Source: Candidatus Muiribacterium halophilum | Lineage (GTDB): Bacteria; Muiribacteriota; Muiribacteriia; Muiribacteriales; Muiribacteriaceae | NCBI GenBank assembly: GCA_002869225.1 | Contig: PKTG01000083.1 | Span: 74,732 to 138,731 of the forward strand | Direction of reading: 5' to 3' | DNA length: 64,000 nucleotides | Part shown: positions 1 through 9,075 of the stretch, piece by piece | Numbering within the stretch: the first letter of the stretch is position 1 | Layout of the letters: each line of letters opens with the position of its first letter | The notes under the pieces: generated by a model | Seen by the model: only the letters and a program-made list of their open reading frames with translations | The model's database searches: none | Told to the model about the DNA's origin: nothing | Program-made: the position numbers and the translations under genes

Positions 1-343
1 CGTTTTCTATTATCTCATCTATAGGAAAATCCGGAATATGTTCCTGATCTTCCTGAAATTCAAGAAGCGTGGCGGCTTTTTCTATGACCATCTTTATATT
101 CTCTTTTGAAAGATCATCAAGCGAAACCTTTGATACCTTCTTATCTTTAACAAGAAGTATTTCAGCTCCAGTTATCTCCTGACTTACGTTTTGAGTTATC
201 TCGTTCTCCCCAAATCTTGTAAGTGCATCTTTTCCACTGTTTATCATCACAAATACAAATGGAACAAATTCTTTGGCTATATCTATTATTTTCTTACTTA
301 AATCCCTTTTTTCTTTTATCCTATCCTGATATGTTAGGCTCAT
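1..343 (-). CDS. TldD/PmbA-family protein, N-terminal fragment (the gene runs off the window start)
   Basis: Not in the ORF track. The minus-strand frame is open from the ATG at 341-343 to the window edge. It translates as MSLTYQDRIKEKRDLSKKIIDIAKEFVPFVFVMINSGKDALTRFGENEITQNVSQ..., which resembles the TldD/PmbA N-terminal region. The ATG overlaps the upstream gene's stop (ATGA). Confidence 0.45.
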   Translation of the reverse strand, partial: MSLTYQDRIKEKRDLSKKIIDIAKEFVPFVFVMINSGKDALTRFGENEITQNVSQEITGAEILLVKDKKVSKVSLDDLSKENIKMVIEKAATLLEFQEDQEHIPDFPIDEIIEN

Positions 344-888
344 TTCTGCTCCTTTACCAGCTTTATTCCAAGTCTTGCAGCTTTTTCATTAATTTCCTGC
401 GTTCCTTTAGGGACTCTAGCTTTAACAGCTTCAAAGAGAGCTTTTTCACTTACACAGCCTGTTGCTGCACAAATTGCACCAAGAGCTATAATATTCACTA
501 CAAGAGTGGTATTAAATTCTTTATTCGCTATCTGGGAAAAAGGAATCTTATATATGTTTTTATATTTAGACGGAACATTTCCAACATAATATGAATCAAT
601 AATAAGAATACCATCTTCCTTTAGGTCATCTATATATTCCTGCGCTGCTTTCTGTGTAAGACAAAGAAGCACATCCAGATCCGATGTCTTAGGAAACAGT
701 ATCTCACCATCACTTATTATGACCTCGGATTTACTTGCTCCAACTCTTGCTTCAGGACCATAAGATTGTGTCTGAGTAGCGTTTATACCATCGTGTATAG
801 CTGCTGCTTCTGCTAAGATGACTCCACCTAGTATCATTCCCTGTCCGCCAGATCCACTAAGTCTGATCTCATATCTTTTTTTTCCCAT
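340..888 (-). CDS. 2-oxoacid:ferredoxin oxidoreductase, gamma subunit
   Basis: 182 aa. The N-terminus RLSGSGGQGMILGGVILAEAA is typical of Kor/Por/Vor gamma subunits. It is the last gene of a delta-alpha-beta-gamma operon. Confidence 0.85.
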   Translation of the reverse strand: MGKKRYEIRLSGSGGQGMILGGVILAEAAAIHDGINATQTQSYGPEARVGASKSEVIISDGEILFPKTSDLDVLLCLTQKAAQEYIDDLKEDGILIIDSYYVGNVPSKYKNIYKIPFSQIANKEFNTTLVVNIIALGAICAATGCVSEKALFEAVKARVPKGTQEINEKAARLGIKLVKEQK

Positions 889-890
889 AA

Positions 891-1709
891 CTACTCCTTG
901 TTAGCTTCAATTAGTCTCAAATATTTTGAGACAAAATCTGTTTTTTCAATATCTACAAACTCACCCATTGGGAACTTACCTTCTCTTTTTTCTTCAGGAA
1001 GTTTGTCCCATGCAGCTTTCATAATAAAATGGTCTTTTTGATATATCATACCAGCAACAGGCTCTTTTATCTTATTAAGTCTTCCATAAGTAGTTGGACA
1101 ATGAGTCATAGCTTCAACAACTGTAAAACCTTTCTTTGAAAGCGATCTATGAATATATTTTTCAAGTGCCTGTACATGATACGATGTTGACCTTGCAACA
1201 TATACAGCACCAGTTGCTTTTGCAAGCTCACAGATATCAAAACTTCTTTCAATGTTTCCATATCTTGCTGTAGTAGCTTTTTTTCCTGATGGAGTAGTTG
1301 GACTTGCCTGTCCACCTGTCATACCATATATGTTATTGTTGTATACGATTACTTTAAGATCCATATTTCTTCTTGCAGCATGAATAAAATGATTCCCACC
1401 AATACCAACTGCATCTCCATCTCCCATTACTACTATTACAGTCATATCAGGTTTAGCAAGTTTAAGACCTGTTGCAAATGCCAGCGCTCGACCATGTGTA
1501 GTATGAATAGTATTAAAATCTACATAAGTTGGAGTCCTTGATGAACAACCAATTCCAGAAACTACAGCAACATCATCTCTATCAAGTCCCTGTTTATCTA
1601 TTGCTCTTAGCATAGAAGACATTATAACTCCATGTCCACAACCTGGACACCATATATGAGGGAATTTCTTGTTTTTTCTTAGATATTTATGAACAACATT
1701 TTTTTCCAT
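891..1709 (-). CDS. 2-oxoacid:ferredoxin oxidoreductase, beta (TPP-binding) subunit
   Basis: 272 aa. It has the WCPGCGHG motif and the GDGD..GIGGNH TPP-binding region, and it is tightly packed with the neighbouring subunit genes. Confidence 0.9.
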   Translation of the reverse strand: MEKNVVHKYLRKNKKFPHIWCPGCGHGVIMSSMLRAIDKQGLDRDDVAVVSGIGCSSRTPTYVDFNTIHTTHGRALAFATGLKLAKPDMTVIVVMGDGDAVGIGGNHFIHAARRNMDLKVIVYNNNIYGMTGGQASPTTPSGKKATTARYGNIERSFDICELAKATGAVYVARSTSYHVQALEKYIHRSLSKKGFTVVEAMTHCPTTYGRLNKIKEPVAGMIYQKDHFIMKAAWDKLPEEKREGKFPMGEFVDIEKTDFVSKYLRLIEANKE

Positions 1710-2836
1710 CAGATATTCCTCCTTATAAAGGAAACTAATTCATGTGGGTATATAGCCTCTCCATTTATCTTATTAAAAGGAAGGATATCGCATATACTTG
1801 AGGCAAATCTTTGTGTTGGAAGAAGGAGCTGACCCATGTTCATCTCAGGAACAAATATCTTCTTCTTGTCCTGCGCTTTATCAATAAGCACCGAGGATAT
1901 GAAAGGCCATATAGTCTTAGGTCTTAAAAGGCCTATCTTTATTCCGTGTTCATCACGAAGAGTCCTGATAGCCTGTTTAGCAGATCTTGCTACACATCCA
2001 GCTGCTAGTATCATATATTCTGAATCTTCAAGCTCATACTCTTCCCAATCAAGAATATCATCAAGATTATCATCGATCTTTCTAAACATCCTTTTCATAA
2101 AAGCATCTATCTGATCAGGTTTGGATGTAGGAAATCCATCAACATCATGAACAAGACCGGTAATATGGTATCTGTAACCTTCGCCAAAATCTGCAAAGGC
2201 AGGTACTCCAGAAGAGTTTCTCTCATAAGGGAAGAACCATTCATTAGGAACATCCGGAGTCTTTCTCTTAAAGGATTTATTCTTATCCACCTTTTCTATA
2301 TCTATCTTCTCTCTCATATGTCCTATCACTTCGTCAAGAAGTAGAATAACAGGTATTCTATATTTTTCAGAAAGTTCGACAGAACGTATTGTCTCTTCAA
2401 ATATCTCGGGTACTGTATGCGGATAAATAGTAATAATAGGATGATCTCCATGAGTTCCCCATCTAGCCTGAAGTATATCTCCCTGAGATGGCATTGTTGG
2501 AAGGCCAGTTGAAGGCCCACCTCTTTGAACGTTAACGATAAGACATGGAGTCTCTGTTATTACAGCGTAACCTATATTTTCCTGCATTAGGGATATACCT
2601 GGTCCGCTTGTTGCGGTCATTGATTTCAATCCACCAATAGAAGCGCCTATGATAGAAGCCATACTTCCGATCTCATCTTCCATCTGTATAAATTTACCAC
2701 CTAGTTTTGGAAGCTCTACGGACATTATCTCGGCTATCTCAGTAGATGGTGTAATAGGATATCAACCAAAAAACCTAACACCCGCTGCTAAAGCCCCATA
2801 TGCACATGCCTCATTACCCTGAAGTAGCTTCAACAT
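1709..2836 (-). CDS. 2-oxoacid:ferredoxin oxidoreductase, alpha subunit, interrupted as sequenced by an in-frame TGA at 2762-2764
   Basis: The track ORF 1709-2725 lacks the canonical N-terminus. The same frame continues upstream to the ATG at 2834-2836: [43 protein letters not shown]. The TGA falls where the conserved FF(A/G)GYPITP motif has Gly. Confidence 0.85.
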
Positions 2837-2839
2837 ATT

Positions 2840-3043
2840 TTACTCCTTATCCTTCTTTTTTATTATAACTGCATAATCGGGACATCTTAGTTCACATAGT
2901 CCGCATGCAATACATTTCTCTTCATCAAAAACCGGTTTCCCTGCCATCTTATCCATTGTTATTGCTCCCTTTGGACAAAACGCTGCACAGATCCCACAAC
3001 CTTTACACCAACTCTCATAAAATTCGATTTTTTTATCCATCAC
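2840..3043 (-). CDS. 2-oxoacid:ferredoxin oxidoreductase, delta subunit (2x[4Fe-4S] ferredoxin)
   Basis: 67 aa with two CxxCxxCxxxCP motifs (CKGCGICAAFCP and CIACGLCELRCP). It lies directly upstream of the alpha subunit. Confidence 0.8.
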   Translation of the reverse strand: MMDKKIEFYESWCKGCGICAAFCPKGAITMDKMAGKPVFDEEKCIACGLCELRCPDYAVIIKKKDKE

Positions 3044-3876
3044 CTATTCTCCCTTTTCAAAAAAGCCTTATAAGTATTTTTAAGAAGTGCAGCTCTAGTC
3101 ATAGGACCAACTCCACCAGGAACAGGTGATATCCATGAAGCCTTTTCTTTTACCGACTCAAAATCGACATCACCATAAAGTTTATCATCAATATAGGTAG
3201 TACCTACATCTACGATAACCACGTTTTCTTTTATCATATTTCCCTTTAAGAAGTTTGGTCTTCCTATTGCCATGATTATTATATCTGATCTTTTTAATAT
3301 AGTTTCAATATTTTTTGTCCTTGAATGACAGACGGTAACAGTACCATTTTCAGCTGTAAGGAGTGAAGCAACAGGTTTCCCAACAATATTACTTCTTCCT
3401 ACAACAGCAACCTCCTTACCTTCGATCATAATGTTGTTTTCTTTAAGAAGATCGATTATACCGGCTGGTGTCGCTGGTAAAAAACAATCCCTTCCCTGTA
3501 ACATCTTACCGAGATTCATAGGATGAAAGCCATCAACATCCTTTTTTGATGATATCGTATCTATTACAACACTTTCATCAATATGTGATGGAAGAGGAAG
3601 CTGAACCAATATACCATGAATAGTATCATCTTCATTCAATTGTCTAATTATATCAAGTAATCTTTCCTGAGTGGTATTTTCTTCGAGTTTGATTTTTTTT
3701 GATGTTATACCTATCTTTTTGCAATCTCTTTCCTTCATATTTACATAAAGTTTAGAAGATGGATCTTCTCCTACAAGTACGACTGCAAGTCCAGGCTTTT
3801 CTGGTGATTTGGAAATCTTTTCTTTGAGTTCTTTACGCATCTTCCTGGCAAGTTCTTTCCCGTTTAAAATCTTCAT
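3040..3876 (-). CDS. folD: Bifunctional methylenetetrahydrofolate dehydrogenase/cyclohydrolase
   Basis: 278 aa. It carries characteristic FolD motifs: GILVQLPLP, DVDGFHP, VVGRSNIVGKP and PVPGGVGPMT. Confidence 0.92.
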   Translation of the reverse strand: MKILNGKELARKMRKELKEKISKSPEKPGLAVVLVGEDPSSKLYVNMKERDCKKIGITSKKIKLEENTTQERLLDIIRQLNEDDTIHGILVQLPLPSHIDESVVIDTISSKKDVDGFHPMNLGKMLQGRDCFLPATPAGIIDLLKENNIMIEGKEVAVVGRSNIVGKPVASLLTAENGTVTVCHSRTKNIETILKRSDIIIMAIGRPNFLKGNMIKENVVIVDVGTTYIDDKLYGDVDFESVKEKASWISPVPGGVGPMTRAALLKNTYKAFLKRENR

Positions 3877-4985
3877 TTGATCACCTCTTTCACAGTTATA
3901 AGAAACGAATCTTCTGCAGATAGCACCTCGCCGTTTTTCATTTTACAATCATTTTCAAGCATAGTATATAACATCTTGTTTGCTCTATCAATCGAAACAA
4001 TATCAGATAAATATTTATAGGAACTCAGATTATAGGCGTTAAGCCTTTTTAATAACTGCTCGTTCATCTCTGGCATTGAGAATTCCTGGATTTTTTTTAT
4101 AGATGACATTATTTTATTAAATTGAGGATATTTTATAGGACCGGTAGTCGATATTTCTTTTAATATTTCTCTAAACTCTACATTGTTGGAAAAAATCTCA
4201 TAAAAAGCAATTAATCTGGTGAGTTGTGTAATTAGGTTCGAATTGATTACATTTGCCGGCATATTCTCAGCAAGAGAATAAAACTCATTAATAGATGAAT
4301 CATGATTACCCGTTAAAATAAGTTCCAGTAATCTTAAAGTGCTGATAAAACTATCATCTGAATCTATATCAAGAGCTTTCGATACATGATCTCTCCAGGA
4401 AGTATTTTCCCAACTATCACCCACAAAATAAAGAGCTACCTTTTCAATTTGATTATGAAGATACATTATGTCCTTGCCATTTATCTTATCGTAAACAAAA
4501 CGAAGAACTTCATCATCTATCTCACCACAAAAATCATCAAAAATATCTTTGATATAGCTTTTTGTCATCCAGCTTATATTGTCGTCAAAAACACAGATAT
4601 TAAAGAAATCGTTTATTAATGTCTTAAACAAAGAATATTTAGAAGATGGAAGATAAAAAATGAAAGAATCTTTAATATCACTTTTTAAATAAACAAGAAA
4701 TCTTTCCCTTTCTTTTTTTTTCAGAGTATCAAAACCTTTTATAAAGTTAATAGAAGGTTCTGAAAAAAAACCTTTATCAAGTTCGTTGTTTATAAAATGG
4801 ATTATATCCTTTTTTTGTATATCATATATATTTCCAGATAGTTTCTTCTGTTGAACTAGGTTCTCATAAAGATAGTGAACCGGAAACTCCCCCTGCTTAC
4901 AACAAAAGAAGAGCACAAACGGTTTTTTTATCAAAGTAGCAGGCGTATTCTCAATAGTCTTTTTTAAATCAAGCCTCAATCTCAT
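3873..4985 (-). CDS. Hypothetical protein (weak resemblance to DNA polymerase III delta/HolA-like proteins)
   Basis: A 370 aa ORF that overlaps the folD start by 4 nt. No diagnostic motif was recognised, and the HolA idea rests only on size and a vague N-terminal pattern. Confidence 0.3.
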   Translation of the reverse strand: MRLRLDLKKTIENTPATLIKKPFVLFFCCKQGEFPVHYLYENLVQQKKLSGNIYDIQKKDIIHFINNELDKGFFSEPSINFIKGFDTLKKKERERFLVYLKSDIKDSFIFYLPSSKYSLFKTLINDFFNICVFDDNISWMTKSYIKDIFDDFCGEIDDEVLRFVYDKINGKDIMYLHNQIEKVALYFVGDSWENTSWRDHVSKALDIDSDDSFISTLRLLELILTGNHDSSINEFYSLAENMPANVINSNLITQLTRLIAFYEIFSNNVEFREILKEISTTGPIKYPQFNKIMSSIKKIQEFSMPEMNEQLLKRLNAYNLSSYKYLSDIVSIDRANKMLYTMLENDCKMKNGEVLSAEDSFLITVKEVIK

Positions 4986-5426
4986 TTAAAGATCTGTTTT
5001 ACCTTTTTTAATTATTTTTTCAATCTTATTAAAGATAGTTTCTTTTTTTGATCTATTAATTTTTAAATAAAACTCACCATAATTTGAGGAAAAAACCTTC
5101 AAATAACAGATTGAATTTTTTATATCTTTTTCTTGAGAATATAACAATTCAAGGATTTCCTCAACATCATCCTTATCAAGGATAACCCTTTTATCTTCAA
5201 AAAACACCAGGGACTTTACAGTATCAATAAAAAACTTATCGTTTTTATCCTTTGAACCAATTATGATCTCAAACGTACCTTCCTTATATTCTCTTTCAAC
5301 ACTTTCCGTATCAGGAAGCTCAAAAGAACAAGAATAATGACCATTTTCATCGACCGTACAAACCGGAGCAGCTGTTATGCATATAGAAAAAAACGCAGTT
5401 ATCATAAAAGTGATTATTAATCTCAT
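4986..5426 (-). CDS. Hypothetical secreted protein
   Basis: 146 aa with an N-terminal hydrophobic signal-like segment (MRLIITFMITAFFSICITAA). Its TAA stop directly abuts the ATG of the next gene. Confidence 0.5.
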   Translation of the reverse strand: MRLIITFMITAFFSICITAAPVCTVDENGHYSCSFELPDTESVEREYKEGTFEIIIGSKDKNDKFFIDTVKSLVFFEDKRVILDKDDVEEILELLYSQEKDIKNSICYLKVFSSNYGEFYLKINRSKKETIFNKIEKIIKKGKTDL

Positions 5427-5616
5427 ATTATAGCTCCTAATATTTTGTTATTGTTTACCTTGTAAACAAGTCCCGGACTTATTTTAATTAAGACCAAAGA
5501 TCCGAGCCCTTTGACTCAAGACTACTATTTACTTGTTTGAAATACTTTTCAAAAAATAACTTGTTCATGTCATTTATGAACAATAACTTGATTAATTTAT
5601 TAATCAATAACCGTTT
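5427..5616 (-). repeat. Diverged copy of the intergenic multi-hairpin element (copy 4)
   Basis: A string of perfect hairpins on the plus-strand text: TGTTTAC-CTT-GTAAACA, AAGTC-CCG-GACTT, TTTGAAA-TACT-TTTCAAA, TTGTTCAT-GTCATTT-ATGAACAA and TTGATTAA-TTTA-TTAATCAA. It also shares the strings GGACTTATTTTAAT and AATAACCGTT with the copy at 42281-42478. Confidence 0.55.
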
Positions 5617-6504
5617 CTAGTATTTTATCATAAACTCATCAATAAATCTTTTAAAATCTCTTTTAAAAGGTGCTCTTACTCTAACTCTTTTTCTGGATAT
5701 CGGATGTAAGAAAGAGACTGTACCACAATGAAGAAGTTGTCTGTCTACAAAATCTATTTTGAGTCCTCCATAGCCTTTATCCCCAACTAAAGGGAATCCT
5801 TCATAGGACATATGAGCCCTTATCTGATGTGTCCTTCCAGTCAAGAGTTTAAAAGCAATAAGCGAATAATTTCTTTTGTTTAATAACTGTCTGAATCTTG
5901 TCAATGATCTTTTACCTTCCTTATCACAGATATACGTATAAGGCATTCTTCTAAGAAGAGAGTGATTTATAACACAGCTTGTACGATAATATTTTTGAGA
6001 TATACCATAATAGGTCTTTATATGATTTTGAAAAATAAAATTATGAGCAAAAGATGATTTTGCGATTATAAGTATTCCCGAGGTATCCCTATCAAGTCTA
6101 TTTACAAATCTTATCTTTGCAACTATGTCGTTTTCAATAAAGTGTTGTTGTACATAGCTTGCAATGCATGGTCTGTCATTGGTGCTGGTATAAAAAAGTA
6201 TCTCATTTGGTTGCTTGTTTATTATAAGAAATAAATCATCCTCATATATTATCTCAAGATCACCTTTGATAGGTTTATAATCTGAAAGTTCCCTATCTCC
6301 AATAAAGACCGCTATCTCTTCGCCTTTTTTTATTTTTCTATTCTTACCTATCTTTTTTCCGTCAGCGAAAGCAACATCCCTGTTTTTAATGACCCTGTTT
6401 ATAAGGTTACTTGAAAAGATATTCAATGAATAAAGGTATTCTTTGATTCGCATCTCTTTTTGTACTTTAATAAAGATGCGCGAGTCCTTCAGATAGATCA
6501 ACAT
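5617..6504 (-). CDS. RluA-family 23S rRNA/tRNA pseudouridine synthase
   Basis: 295 aa with an S4-like N-terminus and the motifs VNRLDRDTSGILIIAKS and GRTHQIRAH. Confidence 0.85.
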   Translation of the reverse strand: MLIYLKDSRIFIKVQKEMRIKEYLYSLNIFSSNLINRVIKNRDVAFADGKKIGKNRKIKKGEEIAVFIGDRELSDYKPIKGDLEIIYEDDLFLIINKQPNEILFYTSTNDRPCIASYVQQHFIENDIVAKIRFVNRLDRDTSGILIIAKSSFAHNFIFQNHIKTYYGISQKYYRTSCVINHSLLRRMPYTYICDKEGKRSLTRFRQLLNKRNYSLIAFKLLTGRTHQIRAHMSYEGFPLVGDKGYGGLKIDFVDRQLLHCGTVSFLHPISRKRVRVRAPFKRDFKRFIDEFMIKY

Positions 6505-6509
6505 TCTAT

Positions 6510-7820
6510 TTATTTATCAAAATAAGAGTTGGTCTCGATGAGGTCGCGATCTATGAAGAAATTATATCTTAGCCTTCCTTCATTTACATAACCATCGACA
6601 GCTTTTATCTCAATAAAGTTAGAACCATATCTTATAAGAACTGAATCAGATTGATTATCGTCTGTCGTCATCTTAAACTGAAAATATCCATGAGAACAAG
6701 GAACATCAAAGTTTTCCTCATAGATAGTACCCCTGTTTAAAGAAATATGCACGATCTTTATATCATTATCCTCGATAAAACCTTTGAAAAACTGGGTTTT
6801 CTTAGTGTTAAAAGGAGGTACGATAGTTATTACCGGAGCTTTTGTATCCGGTATCAACTTGGTAGTAAATACAGCTTTATTTCCATAGACATCCCTTGCG
6901 ATCACATCAAGAAATTTAGCTTTTGCTGGATTTCTGACATTAAAAGTCTTAGAGAACTTAAAGTTCTTGACATCTATATTCCCAAGGAAAGTATCATCAA
7001 GATAGACCTCAAGTACGTTTACCATGACAGTGTTTACTCTACCGGCTACTTTTAAAGTATTTCCAATATTGACCTTGCCTTTAGCAGGAGATGAGAACTC
7101 GATCCTTATCTTAGAATCCATAGTTGACTTTTTCTCTTTTTTCTCTGGAGTATATACTAAAAGTTCTTCTTCAACTCCCGGAGGTAGGACGAAGTCTTTA
7201 TCGGAAAGCTGTACTTTAGTATCTTTTGAGATCGTTGCTCTAACATCTTTAAAGTTTACCCATCTAAGGTTCTCAGTATTGATTCCAAAGTTCATCTCCT
7301 CGATATTACCTGATCTTGTGATTATAACTCTATCTGTAGTCTTCAGAGCAGTCTTTACATCGGTGTTTTCAAGAAGATCTATACTTCCATCCAGACATGA
7401 TACTTTTAGAGAATCGTTTATCAAAGTCTCTGCTGTAAAAATAGAATGTTCAGAAACAAGCTGGTAATTTTTCCATCTAAATACTAATCTGTTTATAAGT
7501 TGAATCCTATATCTACCAAAATCTGATATAAGTTGTATCTCATTACCAACGTTTCTGATCATAAACTCGGCTTGCCCCATGACCTGTATCTTTGCTTTTT
7601 CAGGTATAAAGATCTCCAGTCTATCACCGTTATCCAGAACGAATTTCGAATGGTTGGTAAATTCGTATTCTTTGACAATATTATATTTTTGCCCGGTAGG
7701 ATTTATTATAACAGGGCTACCCTTAACAAATGTAGCCCTGCCAATAAGTTCCTCATAAGAAAAAACTGTAATATTAATAAGAATTATAAAACAAATTAAA
7801 AATATTCTTCTTCTATTCAA
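6510..7820 (-). CDS. Membrane-anchored/secreted protein with a FecR-like domain
   Basis: 436 aa with an N-terminal TM/signal segment (IFLICFIILINITVFS). A beta-rich FecR-like stretch follows (GRATFVKGSPVIINPTG...), then Ig-like segments. The domain call is tentative. Confidence 0.4.
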   Translation of the reverse strand: MNRRRIFLICFIILINITVFSYEELIGRATFVKGSPVIINPTGQKYNIVKEYEFTNHSKFVLDNGDRLEIFIPEKAKIQVMGQAEFMIRNVGNEIQLISDFGRYRIQLINRLVFRWKNYQLVSEHSIFTAETLINDSLKVSCLDGSIDLLENTDVKTALKTTDRVIITRSGNIEEMNFGINTENLRWVNFKDVRATISKDTKVQLSDKDFVLPPGVEEELLVYTPEKKEKKSTMDSKIRIEFSSPAKGKVNIGNTLKVAGRVNTVMVNVLEVYLDDTFLGNIDVKNFKFSKTFNVRNPAKAKFLDVIARDVYGNKAVFTTKLIPDTKAPVITIVPPFNTKKTQFFKGFIEDNDIKIVHISLNRGTIYEENFDVPCSHGYFQFKMTTDDNQSDSVLIRYGSNFIEIKAVDGYVNEGRLRYNFFIDRDLIETNSYFDK

Positions 7821-8826
7821 GTGTCTCGCCTCTTAATGTAAGACTGTGTTCAGCTAATTTTTCTCTGATCTCATTCAAGGTCTTTTGGCCGAAATTCTTA
7901 AGTCTCATAAGTTCATCTGCTGAAACTCTTGTGAAATCAACAAGTTTTCTGTATTGAAAGTTTTTAATACAGTTTTTAGCTCTCTGTGAAAGATCAAGAT
8001 CCATTACTTCGATCTCTTCAACTGGAAGATTTTCGATATTTCTTCTTGGTATAGTTTCTTCCTCTACAGCCTGTGGCTGAGCAGGAGTATCATCCTTCTC
8101 TTCCACTACTTCTTCAGCTACAGGTTCAGGATCAGGTTTTCTTTCCCTTTTCTCAGCCATTATTGATAATCTTTCAACTACCATATGAGCTATATCTGCT
8201 ATTGCATCATTAGGATCTTTTGTACCATTAGTCTTAAGTTCTACAACAAGACTCTCATGATTCATCTCACCACCAAGTCTTATAGGTTTTACTTTACTAT
8301 CAATAAAGACTACCGGTGAAAAGAACGAATCTACGTAAAACTTATTATATGGGACTTTTTTCTCTTTTTTATGCTCATAGGACAAGACATATCCATGACC
8401 CATTTTAAAATCGATCTCGATCTCAAAACTCTTACCTTTTTTTACCGTAAACAGATAAAGGTCTTTGTTTACTATCTCAAGTCTATCATCCACAAGATCT
8501 TTAGCATATACCTTCTTTTCGCCTTTAAACTTGATCTTTCTTGAATAAACTTCACCATCATCGACATTACAGATGATATTTTTAATATTCATTACGATAT
8601 CTATTATCTGTTCTTCGGTTCCTTCAAGCTTCTTGGTCTTTTTATCAAGATCAGGGAAAGTTATACTTACTGGAGAGTAACCTTCTAATTCATTTATAAG
8701 AAGGTCTTTCATAAAACTTCCCAAAGTCTCTCCATATCCTTTTTTTATAGGTTCAAGAATATACTCACAATGAACCTTTGAATGCGTCTTATACTTGACT
8801 GTTTCAGGTACGTTTAAATTAATCAT
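7813..8826 (-). CDS. rpoA: DNA-directed RNA polymerase alpha subunit
   Basis: 337 aa. The N-terminal domain (EPIKKGYGETLGSFMKDLL) and the C-terminal HhH domain (DLSQRAKNCIKNFQYRKLVDF...LMRLKNFGQKTLNEIREKL) are both recognisable. An unusually long acidic, Pro-rich linker joins them. Confidence 0.9.
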   Translation of the reverse strand: MINLNVPETVKYKTHSKVHCEYILEPIKKGYGETLGSFMKDLLINELEGYSPVSITFPDLDKKTKKLEGTEEQIIDIVMNIKNIICNVDDGEVYSRKIKFKGEKKVYAKDLVDDRLEIVNKDLYLFTVKKGKSFEIEIDFKMGHGYVLSYEHKKEKKVPYNKFYVDSFFSPVVFIDSKVKPIRLGGEMNHESLVVELKTNGTKDPNDAIADIAHMVVERLSIMAEKRERKPDPEPVAEEVVEEKDDTPAQPQAVEEETIPRRNIENLPVEEIEVMDLDLSQRAKNCIKNFQYRKLVDFTRVSADELMRLKNFGQKTLNEIREKLAEHSLTLRGETLE

Positions 8827-8884
8827 AAAATAGTCAACTCCATTTAACGTTTTAAATTTAGTTTAAAAATATATCAGAAAAGAA

Positions 8885-8980
8885 TCAAACTTTTCTTTTT
8901 TTATGTCTGTTTGCTCTTCTTTTCTTTTTTCTCTTATGTTTGTTTATTTTTGATTTTCTTTTTTTCTTGACTGATGACAT
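8885..8980 (-). CDS. Small highly basic protein (31 aa), bS22/AURKAIP1-COX24-like ribosome-associated peptide candidate
   Basis: Below the ORF-track size cutoff. It translates as MSSVKKKRKSKINKHKRKKKRRANRHKKRKV. A GGAG lies about 11 nt upstream of the ATG (AAAGGAGATGAAACTTAAATG), and the gene sits just upstream of rpoA on the same strand. Confidence 0.45.
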   Translation of the reverse strand: MSSVKKKRKSKINKHKRKKKRRANRHKKRKV

Positions 8981-9075
8981 TTAAGTTTCATCTCCTTTTT
9001 TGTGAATTTTTTTACCAATTTAACAATAAATACAATAAAAAGTCAATTTTTTTTATTTTAAAACCTTTATTTAAA

